Translations under genes and position numbers: made by a program
Notes under the pieces: generated by a model
Database searches by the model: none
The model's input: the letters and a program-made list of their open reading frames with translations, nothing else
Told to the model about the DNA's origin: nothing
In this document: one piece after another, positions 27,739 to 37,971 of the stretch
How the letters are laid out: every line of letters starts with the position of its first letter
Position numbering within the stretch: position 1 is the first letter of the stretch
Assembly: GCA_963790205.1 (NCBI GenBank)
Contig: CAWBNQ010000008.1
Span: 225,021-289,020, forward strand
Reading direction: 5' to 3'
Source of the DNA: Nitrospirota bacterium
GTDB lineage: Bacteria; Nitrospirota; UBA9217
Length of the DNA stretch: 64,000 nucleotides

Positions 27739-30095
27739 TCAAAGGCGTGGTGCAGGGTGTGGGCTTCCGGCCTTACGTCTTCAATCTCGCCGGGGCCCTC
27801 AACCTCAAGGGAGAGGTGACCAACACGAGCGAGGGGGTGTTCATTGACGTGGAGGGAACGAGCGTCTCTGAGTTCATCCGACGTCTTGAGAGCGAAGCCC
27901 CGCCCCTCTCGCAGATTACCGATATCTCGGTGATCCCGCTTCCTGTCCACGGTTACCCCGATTTTTCCATCAAAAAAAGCACGGATCGAGGGGGCAACCT
28001 GCCCTTTACCCTGATATCGCCCGATGTCTCGGTCTGCGATGACTGCCTGCGGGAACTGCTCGACCCCGCGAATCGGAGATACCTCTATCCCTTCATCAAC
28101 TGCACGAACTGCGGTCCCCGCTACTCCATTACGAGATCTATTCCCTACGACCGGCCGAATACAACCATGGCCGGTTTTGCCCTCTGTGCCGACTGTCTCA
28201 AGGAATATAACGATCCCCGAGATCGGAGGTTTCATGCTCAGCCGAATGCGTGCCCTGTTTGCGGACCGGATGTCGAGTTTCGAATGCGGAATGCAGAATT
28301 CGGAATTCGGAATGGTGAAGCAATAACGGAAACTATTAAACTACTATCGAAGGGCGGCATTGTTGCGGTCAAGGGAATTGGAGGCTTTCATATAGCCTGT
28401 GACGCACTAAATGACGGCACTGTTAGATTATTGCGTCAGAAAAAGAGAAAGAGCAATAAACCTTTTGCGGTCATGGCCCCTTCAATCGACTCAGCACGGC
28501 AGTTCTGCTTGATTTCAGAGGAAGAAAAGAAGCTCCTTCTGTCAAGCAGGCGTCCTGTTGTGCTTTTGAGGAAAAGACCGGGTTGTTCTCTTTCCGACTT
28601 TGTTTCGCCGAATAACCAGTTTGTAGGCGTCATGCTTCCTTACACGCCGCTGCACTATTTGTTGTTCAATAATCCGTTCTACGCAGAAATCATGAGAGCG
28701 CCGTGCTTCAATGCGCTTGTTATGACGAGTGGGAACCTGTCCGAGGAGCCCATCGTACACGTCAATGATGACGCTTTGAAGAAACTGTCCCGTATCGTTG
28801 ATGGGTATTTGCTTCATAATCGGGACATCTTCATGCGAGTCGATGATTCGGTTGTCAGAATAGGGAATGACAACTCCGAACTTCGAACTCCGAACTCAGC
28901 ACTGAGTTTTATCCGCCGTTCCCGGGGTTACGCGCCTGAGGCCATAATGCTTGCCGAAGAGGGGCCGGAGGTCCTGGGATGCGGCGCCGATCTCAAGAAC
29001 ACGTTTACACTGACCAAGGGAAGATTCGCCATCGTAAGCCAGCATGTCGGCGATATGGAGAATTATGAAACTATTAAATTCTACGAAGAGTGTCTTCAAA
29101 ATCTCAAGTCTGTTTACCGGGCCGACCCTCAAGCAATAGTTCACGATTTGCACCCCGGATATTTGTCGACCCAATGGGCCATTAATCACTCTGAACTCCG
29201 AACTCCGAACTCCGAACTCAAACACTTCGGTATTCAGCACCACTATGCTCACATAGGCTCTGTAATGGCGGAGCACGGCATTACTGATAAAGTCATTGGG
29301 GTGGCGTTCGACGGCACGGGATACGGCATTGACGGAAATCTCTGGGGCGGCGAATTCCTTATTGCAGATATCGATGATTTTGAAAGAGTAGGACAATTTA
29401 AATACATTGCTCTCCCCGGCGGTGAATCGGCGATCAGGGAGCCCTGGAAGACCGCAGTGAGCTGTATATTGGATGCAACGGGAGACCGGGCAGGGGATTA
29501 TTTAACCAAGACAGGTTTCTTGAAAAAATATGGCAGCGAAACCCTTGAACAAGTAATGATGGTCGCGCGTTCGCGGGAACTGTCGCCTCTTGCTTCAGGG
29601 GCAGGCAGGCTCTTTGATGCGATCTCAGCATTACTCGGCCTGTGCGACAGGAATACCTTCGAGGGCGAGGCAGCCATGACCTTGGAAACCTTTACCCGTG
29701 AGGGGATTGAAGAAGAGTATCCCATTGAGTTCATGCGGGAAAAAGGGTATACTGTTGTGAATTTCAACCCAGCGATCATCGCCATGATTGACGATATTTC
29801 TCAAGCTGCGGGCAACAATGTCATCGCGACGAAGTTTCATAATACTGTCTGCTCGGCCATCCGGTCCATGGTCCGTTATTTAAGCAACCATTATAAGATG
29901 ACAAAAGTAGCTTTGAGCGGCGGTACGTTCCAGAACCTTTACCTCCTGAACAGGACCGTTCGCTTGCTCTCGTCCGACGGCATGCAGGTATTTATAAATC
30001 AGAAAGTGCCGTGCAACGACGGGGGCATTTCTTTGGGCCAGGCTTACCTGGTAAGACAAAGACTTAAGAAATGCGGAATGCGAAATATGATATGA
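27714..30095 (+). CDS. hypF: Carbamoyltransferase HypF
   Basis: GVVQGVGFRP acylphosphatase domain; CxxC zinc fingers; RFHAQP; KGIGGFH; QHHYAH; DGTGYG; NDGGISLGQ. Confidence 0.95.
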   Translation: MVERAQIIVKGVVQGVGFRPYVFNLAGALNLKGEVTNTSEGVFIDVEGTSVSEFIRRLESEAPPLSQITDISVIPLPVHGYPDFSIKKSTDRGGNLPFTLISPDVSVCDDCLRELLDPANRRYLYPFINCTNCGPRYSITRSIPYDRPNTTMAGFALCADCLKEYNDPRDRRFHAQPNACPVCGPDVEFRMRNAEFGIRNGEAITETIKLLSKGGIVAVKGIGGFHIACDALNDGTVRLLRQKKRKSNKPFAVMAPSIDSARQFCLISEEEKKLLLSSRRPVVLLRKRPGCSLSDFVSPNNQFVGVMLPYTPLHYLLFNNPFYAEIMRAPCFNALVMTSGNLSEEPIVHVNDDALKKLSRIVDGYLLHNRDIFMRVDDSVVRIGNDNSELRTPNSALSFIRRSRGYAPEAIMLAEEGPEVLGCGADLKNTFTLTKGRFAIVSQHVGDMENYETIKFYEECLQNLKSVYRADPQAIVHDLHPGYLSTQWAINHSELRTPNSELKHFGIQHHYAHIGSVMAEHGITDKVIGVAFDGTGYGIDGNLWGGEFLIADIDDFERVGQFKYIALPGGESAIREPWKTAVSCILDATGDRAGDYLTKTGFLKKYGSETLEQVMMVARSRELSPLASGAGRLFDAISALLGLCDRNTFEGEAAMTLETFTREGIEEEYPIEFMREKGYTVVNFNPAIIAMIDDISQAAGNNVIATKFHNTVCSAIRSMVRYLSNHYKMTKVALSGGTFQNLYLLNRTVRLLSSDGMQVFINQKVPCNDGGISLGQAYLVRQRLKKCGMRNMI

Positions 30096-31156
30096 AGCAA
30101 ATGCTGGAAGAATTGCATAGCTTAATGAAGGGGATCAACAGGCCGCTGAAACTCATGGAGGTCTGCGGAACGCATACCGTCGAGATCTTCAGGCATGGTA
30201 TCCGCGATGTCATCCCTAAAAGCATCACACTCCTGAGCGGCCCCGGTTGTCCCGTCTGCGTGACCTCGGTACGCGACGTGGATGCGGCGATCGCCATCGC
30301 TAAAGTACCAGGAGTAATCCTCGCCACGTTTGGCGATATGATGCGCGTGCCCGGTGGAAAACAATCGATGCTTGAAGCCCGCTCTGAAGGCGCGGACATA
30401 CGGGTACTCTATTCTCCGATAGACGCGTTGGCACTCGCACAGAAGGAAAAGGAACGGGAAGTCGTCTTCTTCGCGACCGGTTTTGAAACCACGTCACCGC
30501 TTATTGCCGGGACCATAGCGCATGCTGAGCAAACCAGTGTCAAGAATTTTACGGTCTATACAGCGCACAAGCTTGTCCCCCCGGCACTCAAAGCGCTGCT
30601 CGATTCGTCCGATGTACAAGTCGATGGGTTCATCCTCCCCGGGCATGTCAGCACCATTATCGGCAAAAAACCCTACGAATTCGTAGCAGGGCGGTATAAA
30701 AAACCGTCGGTGATCACCGGTTTCGAAGCAAAGGAGATCATCGAGGGCATTCTCATGATTGTAAGGCAGATCGCCCAGCAAAGGACCAGCGTTGAGATCC
30801 AGTATACCAGCGTCGTGAAGGAAGAGGGCAACCCCCGGGCCGTTGCGCTGCTCGATAACTACTTCCTGCCTGATGATGCCTACTGGCGGGGGATCGGCGT
30901 TATTCCGCAGAGCGGATTACGCCTCAGGGATGGCTATGCGGCGTTTGATGCGAACATAAAGTTCAAACCACCTCTTTCAGATGGAAAAGAACCCGAGCTC
31001 TGCTCCTGCGGCGATATCCTCCGCGGGGTGAAGATACCCACGGAATGTCCGCTCTTCGGCACCGCTTGCACGCCCGAAGCCCCCGTGGGGCCCTGCATGG
31101 TGAGCACCGAAGGCAGCTGCGCGGCATATTATAAGTACGGGAATAATCATGGATAG
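30092..31156 (+). CDS. hypD: Hydrogenase maturation factor HypD
   Basis: MEVCGTHT, GPGCPVC, GFETT, PGHVS, GPCMVSTEGSCAA. Confidence 0.96.
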   Translation: MKQMLEELHSLMKGINRPLKLMEVCGTHTVEIFRHGIRDVIPKSITLLSGPGCPVCVTSVRDVDAAIAIAKVPGVILATFGDMMRVPGGKQSMLEARSEGADIRVLYSPIDALALAQKEKEREVVFFATGFETTSPLIAGTIAHAEQTSVKNFTVYTAHKLVPPALKALLDSSDVQVDGFILPGHVSTIIGKKPYEFVAGRYKKPSVITGFEAKEIIEGILMIVRQIAQQRTSVEIQYTSVVKEEGNPRAVALLDNYFLPDDAYWRGIGVIPQSGLRLRDGYAAFDANIKFKPPLSDGKEPELCSCGDILRGVKIPTECPLFGTACTPEAPVGPCMVSTEGSCAAYYKYGNNHG

Positions 31157-32144
31157 AATCCTTTTGGGCCACGGAAGCGGCGGTAAACTTATGCATGAGC
31201 TGATCCGCGAGCATTTCAGCCCGGCCTTTGGCATCGAAGGGGCCGGTGATTCCGCCATCATTGATCTACCGTCCCGGCGGTTGGCCTATACAACCGATTC
31301 CTACGTTGTCACGCCTTTGTTTTTCCCGGGCGGGAATATTGGCGAACTGGCTGTGAACGGCACAGTGAACGATCTTGCTGTTTCCGGTGCGAAACCGCTT
31401 TTTCTCACTGCAGGATTCGTCATAGAGGAAGGTTTTCCCCTGCTGGATCTGAAAACCATCATTGCTGCCATGTCCGCGGCCGCTGCCAAAGCAGGCGTCA
31501 AAATCGTCGCCGGGGACACCAAAGTTGTGAACAAAGGCAAGGCCGACGGCATATTCATCAATACATCCGGCATCGGTGCGCTGACCGACGGCAGGGACAT
31601 TTCGGCCTCAAAAATCAAAAAAGGTGACAAGGTCATCATCAGCGGCGAGATCGGCAGCCACGGCGTCGCGGTCATATCGGAACGCAACGGCCTCACCTTC
31701 GTTCCGCCTATTACGAGTGATACCCGTTCGCTCAATGGTCTCGTCAGCGTCATGTATGATGTCAGCTCGGGAATTCACTTCATGCGCGATCCCACGAGGG
31801 GCGGGCTCGCCACGACGCTAAAAGAGGCGGCGCTCGAATCAGGACTGTGCCTGCGTATCCGTGAACAGGCCCTGCCGGTGCCTCTCGGCGTCAAAGGGGC
31901 ATGCAGTCTTCTCGGTCTTGACCCGCTTTTTGTTGCGAACGAGGGCATCCTTATTGCGATTGTTGAGGCAGCAGTTGCCGAAGCTGTAGTCAGTGCAATG
32001 AAAAGGCACGAATACGGGCGGTACGCTGCGATCATCGGAGAAGCGGCGGAAGCCCCCGCTGGGATGGTCTTGCTCGAAACCGCGATCGGCGGCAGCCGTA
32101 TCTTGGACATGCTCCAGGGCGAGCAGCTCCCGAGGATCTGTTGA
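31149..32144 (+). CDS. hypE: Hydrogenase maturation factor HypE
   Basis: GHGSGG, TTDSYVV.PLFFPGG, MRDPTRGG, C-terminal PRIC. Confidence 0.96.
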   Translation: MDRILLGHGSGGKLMHELIREHFSPAFGIEGAGDSAIIDLPSRRLAYTTDSYVVTPLFFPGGNIGELAVNGTVNDLAVSGAKPLFLTAGFVIEEGFPLLDLKTIIAAMSAAAAKAGVKIVAGDTKVVNKGKADGIFINTSGIGALTDGRDISASKIKKGDKVIISGEIGSHGVAVISERNGLTFVPPITSDTRSLNGLVSVMYDVSSGIHFMRDPTRGGLATTLKEAALESGLCLRIREQALPVPLGVKGACSLLGLDPLFVANEGILIAIVEAAVAEAVVSAMKRHEYGRYAAIIGEAAEAPAGMVLLETAIGGSRILDMLQGEQLPRIC

Positions 32145-32220
32145 CAGTTTATTCTGCTGTCATGCCGCATAGATTTTCAGTAACTCATCAATTCATGACG
32201 TTATTCGCCCCTCATTAATC

Positions 32221-32460
32221 ATGCAACAAAACATCCGATAACAGGTCTTTTCTCTCGCCCTTTTCGTTGTGCTTTCCAGTCCTCTCCAGCGCTCGGCTGG
32301 CATCGTTGACATTTTTCTCGTAGGCGGTCTCGGCTCATCAGCCATTGCTGCCGTCGGGATAACGCAGGTCTTGGTTTATGCTGTCATGAGCGTGTCCGGG
32401 GCATCAATGTCGGTTTCACGATGCTGGTCTCGCAATTATGGAGCGCGGGAAGGAAAGTAA
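32221..32460 (+). pseudogene. 5' remnant of a MATE-family efflux transporter
   Basis: MQQNIR*QVFSLAL...GIVDIFLVGGLGSSAIAAVG.../GINVGFTMLVSQLW, with an internal stop, a frameshift and truncation. Confidence 0.65.
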
Positions 32461-32612
32461 GAATGCTGTTTTTTGCAGGGGCGATACCGCAGGAAAAACT
32501 AGGGTAGGCTGAAAATTTGGAATAGAACGAAGTTGGGAAAAAAGAAGACGGGAAGATGGGCATAACGTATCTTCTTAACTTCGTAGCTTCTCTGTTTGCT
32601 CAAGGAGGGAAC

Positions 32613-32840
32613 ATGCCTGATATTCAAAGTATGATAGGGAAGGAAGTCGAGGTTATCGCCAACGGGACGAGCTACCGGGGAGTTTTGGTCGAGATTTCGG
32701 ACGCCGAGGTTCACCTGAAGACCACGATGCAGTGGATCTCCCTGCCTGTGTCCGACGTGAGCTCCGTCAAACTCGCCGGGCAGGCACAGCGTGAACCGGA
32801 TCGAGAAGGGTTCTTCCCCGACGGCAGCGGCCCATCATGA
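32613..32840 (+). CDS. Small hypothetical protein, possibly Sm/LSm-like fold
   Basis: AGGAGG RBS; IGKEVEVIANGTSYRGVLVEISDAEVHL...LPVSDVSSV resembles Sm1/Sm2 spacing. Confidence 0.55.
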   Translation: MPDIQSMIGKEVEVIANGTSYRGVLVEISDAEVHLKTTMQWISLPVSDVSSVKLAGQAQREPDREGFFPDGSGPS

Positions 32841-32870
32841 ACGATGCTTGCCGTCATGGTTGCTGTCCGG

Positions 32871-34229
32871 TCACATTGTCTCAATCCTCAGTTTTTTCAG
32901 CTTTCGATAAAGCGTTGCAAGGTCGATGCCGAGCTTGTTCGCTGCGTTTTCTTTGCTGCCCTTGTTTTCCGTCAGGCATCGTTTGATGTAATCACGCTCA
33001 AAATTGTCAAGCGCTTGGCGGAGCGATGACGTCGATACCCCTTCAATATCGAGCGTTCTGAACTTGTCCGGCAGGTCGTGGATGGTGATCAAATCGCCGT
33101 CGGCAAGCACGACCGCCCGCTCCATGGTGTTCCGAAGCTCCCGGATGTTTCCCGGCCAATCGTAAGCGAGAAGCGCCTGCATGGCCTCATAGTCGATGTC
33201 TTTAAGGTTTTTCCCCGCTTCTTTTGTGAATAGATCGAGGTAATGCTTGATAAGAACGGGAATATCATCGCTCCGTTCCCGGAGCGCCGGCATATTGATC
33301 TCGATGACGTTCAGGCGGTAGAAAAGGTCCTCCCGAAAACGTCCTTCCTTCACCCGCCGCATCAGGTCGGCGTTTGTGGCCGCGATAATTCTGACATCCA
33401 CTGTGATGACCCTCGTGTCGCCGACGGGCGTGAGTTCACGGGTCTGGATTACGTGGAGGAGCTTTACCTGGAGCGCGGAGGGTAGCTCGCCGATTTCATC
33501 CAGGAACAAGGTGCCGCCGTGCGCCATGGTGATCAGACCTTTTTTGTCGTCCACGGCTGAGGTGAAAGAGCCTTTCTTATGACCGAAGAGCTCGCTTTCG
33601 AGCAGGTTTTCCGGGATCGCGCCGCAATTGATCGATATGAAGGGTTTGTCCTTTCGCGGGCCTGCTTCGTGTATTGCCTGCGCCACCAGCCCCTTACCCG
33701 TTCCGCTGTCTCCGGTTATTAAAATATTACTCTTGCTCGGGATCACTTTCTCCATGACGGAGAATACGCGCTGCATGGGCTCGGAATTGCCGATGATCTT
33801 CGAAAAGGCCGCCGGCCGCTGACTGAGTTCCTGGCGGAGAATGAGGTTTTCCATCTGCAGCGCGTGGCTCTGGAGGATTCTCCTGATGGTAAGCCTGATC
33901 TCGTCGTTGATGAACGGTTTTGTGATGTAGTCCGTTGCGCCCGCCCGCATTGCTTCGACAGCGGAGCCGACGGAAGCGAAAGCCGTCATCATAATTACCG
34001 ATGTTTCAGGGCTTATCTTCTGCGCTTCCCTGAGGACCTCGAAACCGTCCATTTTTTCCATTTTGATGTCGGTCATGATGATATCGAAATTTTCTTTTTT
34101 TATGCGTTCCAGGGCCTGTTCCCCGTTGTGGGCCTCTTTCACGGCATGGCCGTCTTTCGTAAGGAGAATATTGAGAGCCATACAGATGTCTTTTTCGTCG
34201 TCTACAACGAGGATGTTCGCTTTTTGCAT
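32871..34229 (-). CDS. NtrC/AtoC-family response regulator (REC-AAA+-Fis HTH)
   Basis: ILVVDDE..D..K; GDSGTGKG; GSFTSA in the GAFTGA position; LFLDEIGE; FREDLFYRLNV; WPGNIREL; TLYRKLK. Confidence 0.92.
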   Translation of the reverse strand: MQKANILVVDDEKDICMALNILLTKDGHAVKEAHNGEQALERIKKENFDIIMTDIKMEKMDGFEVLREAQKISPETSVIMMTAFASVGSAVEAMRAGATDYITKPFINDEIRLTIRRILQSHALQMENLILRQELSQRPAAFSKIIGNSEPMQRVFSVMEKVIPSKSNILITGDSGTGKGLVAQAIHEAGPRKDKPFISINCGAIPENLLESELFGHKKGSFTSAVDDKKGLITMAHGGTLFLDEIGELPSALQVKLLHVIQTRELTPVGDTRVITVDVRIIAATNADLMRRVKEGRFREDLFYRLNVIEINMPALRERSDDIPVLIKHYLDLFTKEAGKNLKDIDYEAMQALLAYDWPGNIRELRNTMERAVVLADGDLITIHDLPDKFRTLDIEGVSTSSLRQALDNFERDYIKRCLTENKGSKENAANKLGIDLATLYRKLKKLRIETM

Positions 34230-34242
34230 GATGATAGCTCCC

Positions 34243-36477
34243 TTACTCCTCAACCGGTATTAGGACGGTGAATGCGGTCCCCTTGCCGGCTTCGCTCTCC
34301 ACTTTGATGTCGCCTTTGAACCTTTTGACGATATTATAGCTGAGCGAGAGGCCGAGACCGGTGCCTTTGCCTGCTTCTTTCGTTGTGTAGAAGGGGTCGA
34401 ATATCTTTGCAAGTTCGCTCTTGGGGATGCCGGTGCCCGTATCGGTAAACACGATCATGATTGAGTCCCGCCCCTGATCGTCGGGTCCCCGGTGCGTGGC
34501 AACGGCCAGTTTCCCCCCGTCGGGCATGGCGTCGAGGGCGTTTAAAAAGATGTTGATGAATACCTGGGACAGTTGTCCTTCGTCGATCATGGTCTTGGGC
34601 AGCTGACGATCGAGGTCAACGGCGATTTCGATGGTATTCTTCATGCGTTTGTCGAGGCGCATGAGGTCGAGCGTCGAATTCAGCACATCGTTGATCTGGG
34701 TGGATTTGACATTGAGGGCATCCGCCCGCGAGAACGTGGACATTCTTCGCACGATCTCCGTGATCCGCTGGATGTGGTTGTTGATGATGTCGAGGCTGTT
34801 TTGCGTGAACTCATCCTGCGCCATCTCGCGCAGGAGCTGGGCAAAGGTGGAAATAGACGTGAGCGGATTGCCGATCTCATGAGCAACGCCGGCCGCGAGC
34901 CTGCCGAGGGCGGCAAGCTTTTCCGAATGCATGACCTGCTGCTCGAGTTTTTTTGCGGTGGCGGTCCCTTTGTCCACCTTGTCCTCAAGCTCGACGGTAT
35001 AGAGTTTAAGAGCAGCTTCGAGCTCAACGCGCTTCGTGACGTTCGTACTCGTGATGAGAACGCCTGGAAATTTGCCGTCGATCTGGATCGGACTGATGTT
35101 CATGGCAAGATAAATCGCGGACTCCTGTAGCCCGGTTATCCGGTAGTCCCTGATCTCAAAGCTTCGGCCGGTGAGTGATTTCTGCAGGATTGCTTCCATC
35201 GGGATCCCCTCGTAGGGAGCGAGACCGTCCGGAAACAGGGACAAAAGCGGCTTGCCGAGGATGTCCTCTTTGGGCCGCCTGACCATCTGTGCCTGCGCCG
35301 TGTTCACGGTCCTGACTGTCAGGTCCTTGTCGACTACCATGAGGTTCGTTCTGGTGTTTTCAATGATGTTTTCCAGGTAATTTTTCGCGATTTCGATCTG
35401 CTGTTCGAGCCGTTGCTGGTTCTCGAGATGCATGGCCCTTTCTTCGGCCTTGATTTTTTTCTTGTAATTTATGATCGTGGCCCCCGAGGCCCCGATGGTC
35501 GTGATAAAAATAGAGAGGATGAGGAGCGAATAGAAGCCCTTGCTTTTCTGCATGAGCGCGATCACGTCGGAGTAAGGCGCCGAGACCACGACGAGCCAGG
35601 ATTTTTTTGCAATGGGGAACCGGTAGAATGCCGCAAGCTTGTTTTCGCCGCCTGGAGCTTCGTAGTATCCGAACGTCTCCATTTTGCCTTCGATCATCCT
35701 CTTTTCGGTATCGAATGACTTGTGGCACCGGAAACAGGTCTGGTCGGTCTGGTAGAGATTCTTGCCGACCATCTGGGGCTGCGTCGGATGGTAGAGCAGG
35801 GTGCCGTCGCTGTCCATCATCCAGGCATAGCCGCGCATGCCGGACTTGATCGGAGAGAGAAATTTCTGCGTGATGCCGTCGAGTGAGAGAACCGCGAGCA
35901 CGACCCCTCTGAATTCGGCTGTTCCGTGCCCCTTTCGGCGCGGATAGATCGCGGTTGCCACGATGAACTGCTTTGAGTCCGAGTCCCGGTTGGGCGCGGG
36001 AAACAAGTCGGTAATCAGCTTCTCGTTTCGGGGCAACAGCCGGGCCTTTTGAAAATAGTCGGTTTTGGACAGATTAACTCCCTCGCGTCCGGGGTACGAA
36101 CTGTCATAGAGTACGATGCCGTTCCGGTCGAGCACCCGGATCGTGACAAGCATTTCGTTCTGGATGTTGAAGTTGATAGTTTCAGCAACCGAGCGGCTTT
36201 GGCTGTTCCGGTTGATTTTTTCGACCTCCGGGAGCCGGGAAATGATGTGGATGTCCCGGTACACATGATCGATAAAGCTCTCGATGTTCATCGACACTTC
36301 GCGGGCGAGCAGCAGCTGCTGCTTGTTGAACTGCCCGGCCATTTCTTCCTGGAGCGACTGATGGAAAAACTGCCCGAGGATGATGATGAGGGAAAGCACG
36401 ACGAGGAGCGTAAGGATAATAACGGCCGGGGTCAGGAGTTCTTTTTGCTTAAGCGTGCGAATAAGGCTTTGAAACAT
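34243..36477 (-). CDS. Sensor histidine kinase (TM, Cache domain with CxxCH, TM, PAS, HisKA, HATPase)
   Basis: Two transmembrane helices; GYAWMMDSDGTLLYHP Cache motif; CFRCH; AHEIGNPL; NALDAM; DTGTG; FYTTK..GKGTGLGL. Confidence 0.9.
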   Translation of the reverse strand: MFQSLIRTLKQKELLTPAVIILTLLVVLSLIIILGQFFHQSLQEEMAGQFNKQQLLLAREVSMNIESFIDHVYRDIHIISRLPEVEKINRNSQSRSVAETINFNIQNEMLVTIRVLDRNGIVLYDSSYPGREGVNLSKTDYFQKARLLPRNEKLITDLFPAPNRDSDSKQFIVATAIYPRRKGHGTAEFRGVVLAVLSLDGITQKFLSPIKSGMRGYAWMMDSDGTLLYHPTQPQMVGKNLYQTDQTCFRCHKSFDTEKRMIEGKMETFGYYEAPGGENKLAAFYRFPIAKKSWLVVVSAPYSDVIALMQKSKGFYSLLILSIFITTIGASGATIINYKKKIKAEERAMHLENQQRLEQQIEIAKNYLENIIENTRTNLMVVDKDLTVRTVNTAQAQMVRRPKEDILGKPLLSLFPDGLAPYEGIPMEAILQKSLTGRSFEIRDYRITGLQESAIYLAMNISPIQIDGKFPGVLITSTNVTKRVELEAALKLYTVELEDKVDKGTATAKKLEQQVMHSEKLAALGRLAAGVAHEIGNPLTSISTFAQLLREMAQDEFTQNSLDIINNHIQRITEIVRRMSTFSRADALNVKSTQINDVLNSTLDLMRLDKRMKNTIEIAVDLDRQLPKTMIDEGQLSQVFINIFLNALDAMPDGGKLAVATHRGPDDQGRDSIMIVFTDTGTGIPKSELAKIFDPFYTTKEAGKGTGLGLSLSYNIVKRFKGDIKVESEAGKGTAFTVLIPVEE

Positions 36478-36602
36478 GGAGTAATTTACAGCCAAAAGAG
36501 GGAGAAAGTCAAGGATGAAAAGGCTGAAGAAACGGTGAGTGACTTCTAACCCTTCTCCTGTCTGCCGTCGATGGCGTGCAGGCTGGAGAAGGGCAGAAGC
36601 AA

Positions 36603-37832
36603 TCAGAATTTATAGCCTACGGTGACGGCTGCTAGCTGGGCGCTGGACTTGTAGGTGCCGTTCAGGGACGGGTCAGGCGTTAAGCCGCCGGCAAAACTGT
36701 TGCTGATGGTCCTGTTTTTAAACCACAGGTACATGTATGAAGCATCAACGGTGATATTGCCGACGGCATAGCCGGCGCCGATCGTAAGCCCCTGCCGGTC
36801 GGCGTCGGGGAGACCGGTCTCAAACCGGTCCGAGGGGACGGGGCTCTGATCATAAACATACCCTGCGCGGAGCTTCCACTGGTCTGATAGCCGGTACTGG
36901 CCCCCGATACGGAGCGCCCAGGTGTTTTTCCAGTCCTTTTCTTCAATTGAAGTGTTCGTGAGGCCCCCTGACAAGGCCAGAATAGTATTCGATTGTACGA
37001 TGAGCCTCTCGTAGGTCGACCACCACGTATAATCGAGGTCCGTATTGATGGTAAGCCGATCAGACGCCTTGTAGGACGCTCCGAACTGTATCAGGTCCGG
37101 CAGCGTGACATCCGTCTGTGCGGTATTCGTGAACGTGAACGGTAGTCCAACCACATTTGCATTTCCATCCACCGTGACCTTGATCCTGCTCCGGTAGCTG
37201 AGCCCCAGATTGAGCTGCTCGTTCGCCTTGTACAGGAGAGCGGCATTGGCGCCCAGGCCCGTTCCTTCGCCGTTCAGTCTGAAGAGGGTGACGGGGGAGA
37301 GCATGCTTTCCAGGGTAGCCTGCAATTTCATAAAATCGAGACCCACGGCAGCGGAAAGGGAATCACTGATCTTATAGGCCACGTTCGGGTTGATCTCGAT
37401 AGTCTTGACTCTGCTTAATGTTGCCACGTGGCTTGTGGGGCTGAATGCCGACCAGTCGGTGGAAAGGCCGAAGGGGCTAGTGATGCCAAGGCCGAGCGAG
37501 ACCCGGTCGTTCATTCTGTCGGTGGCAAAGATCTCTGCAGGCCAGGCGACCGAGCGGTCGGACACATCCGTGGTCCCGTTCGTGTTCTCGTGGGTGAGGA
37601 CCGGATAGATCATTTCGACGCCGGCCGATATCCTCACGCCGTCAAGATTGGAGATCCCGGCGGGATTATACCATACGGCCGAAGGGTTATCCGCCTGCCC
37701 CACGAATGCGCCTGCCATTCCCATGGCCGCAGCATCCTGATCAGGGAGCCTGAAGCCGGCAGCCAGGCTTTCCGAACAAAGCGCCGCGACTCCTGCCATC
37801 GCAATAACGAACATTACAAAGACTTTTCTCAT
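36603..37832 (-). CDS. OmpP1/FadL/TodX-family outer-membrane transporter
   Basis: Signal peptide; GMAGAFVGQADNPSAVWYNPAG; PFGLSTDW; LPD; C-terminal YKF. Confidence 0.88.
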   Translation of the reverse strand: MRKVFVMFVIAMAGVAALCSESLAAGFRLPDQDAAAMGMAGAFVGQADNPSAVWYNPAGISNLDGVRISAGVEMIYPVLTHENTNGTTDVSDRSVAWPAEIFATDRMNDRVSLGLGITSPFGLSTDWSAFSPTSHVATLSRVKTIEINPNVAYKISDSLSAAVGLDFMKLQATLESMLSPVTLFRLNGEGTGLGANAALLYKANEQLNLGLSYRSRIKVTVDGNANVVGLPFTFTNTAQTDVTLPDLIQFGASYKASDRLTINTDLDYTWWSTYERLIVQSNTILALSGGLTNTSIEEKDWKNTWALRIGGQYRLSDQWKLRAGYVYDQSPVPSDRFETGLPDADRQGLTIGAGYAVGNITVDASYMYLWFKNRTISNSFAGGLTPDPSLNGTYKSSAQLAAVTVGYKF

Positions 37833-37971
37833 AACATGTCCCCTCCTTAAGCTGTGATTATGGTTTGAAGAATGGAGCTGTTACTATTATTATGGGTGTA
37901 TCCAGTGAGGAATCAAGGGGTGCTCACGGGCAGGCGGAAAAGGTGCCCACGGCAGATCGGGCAAACCTATT

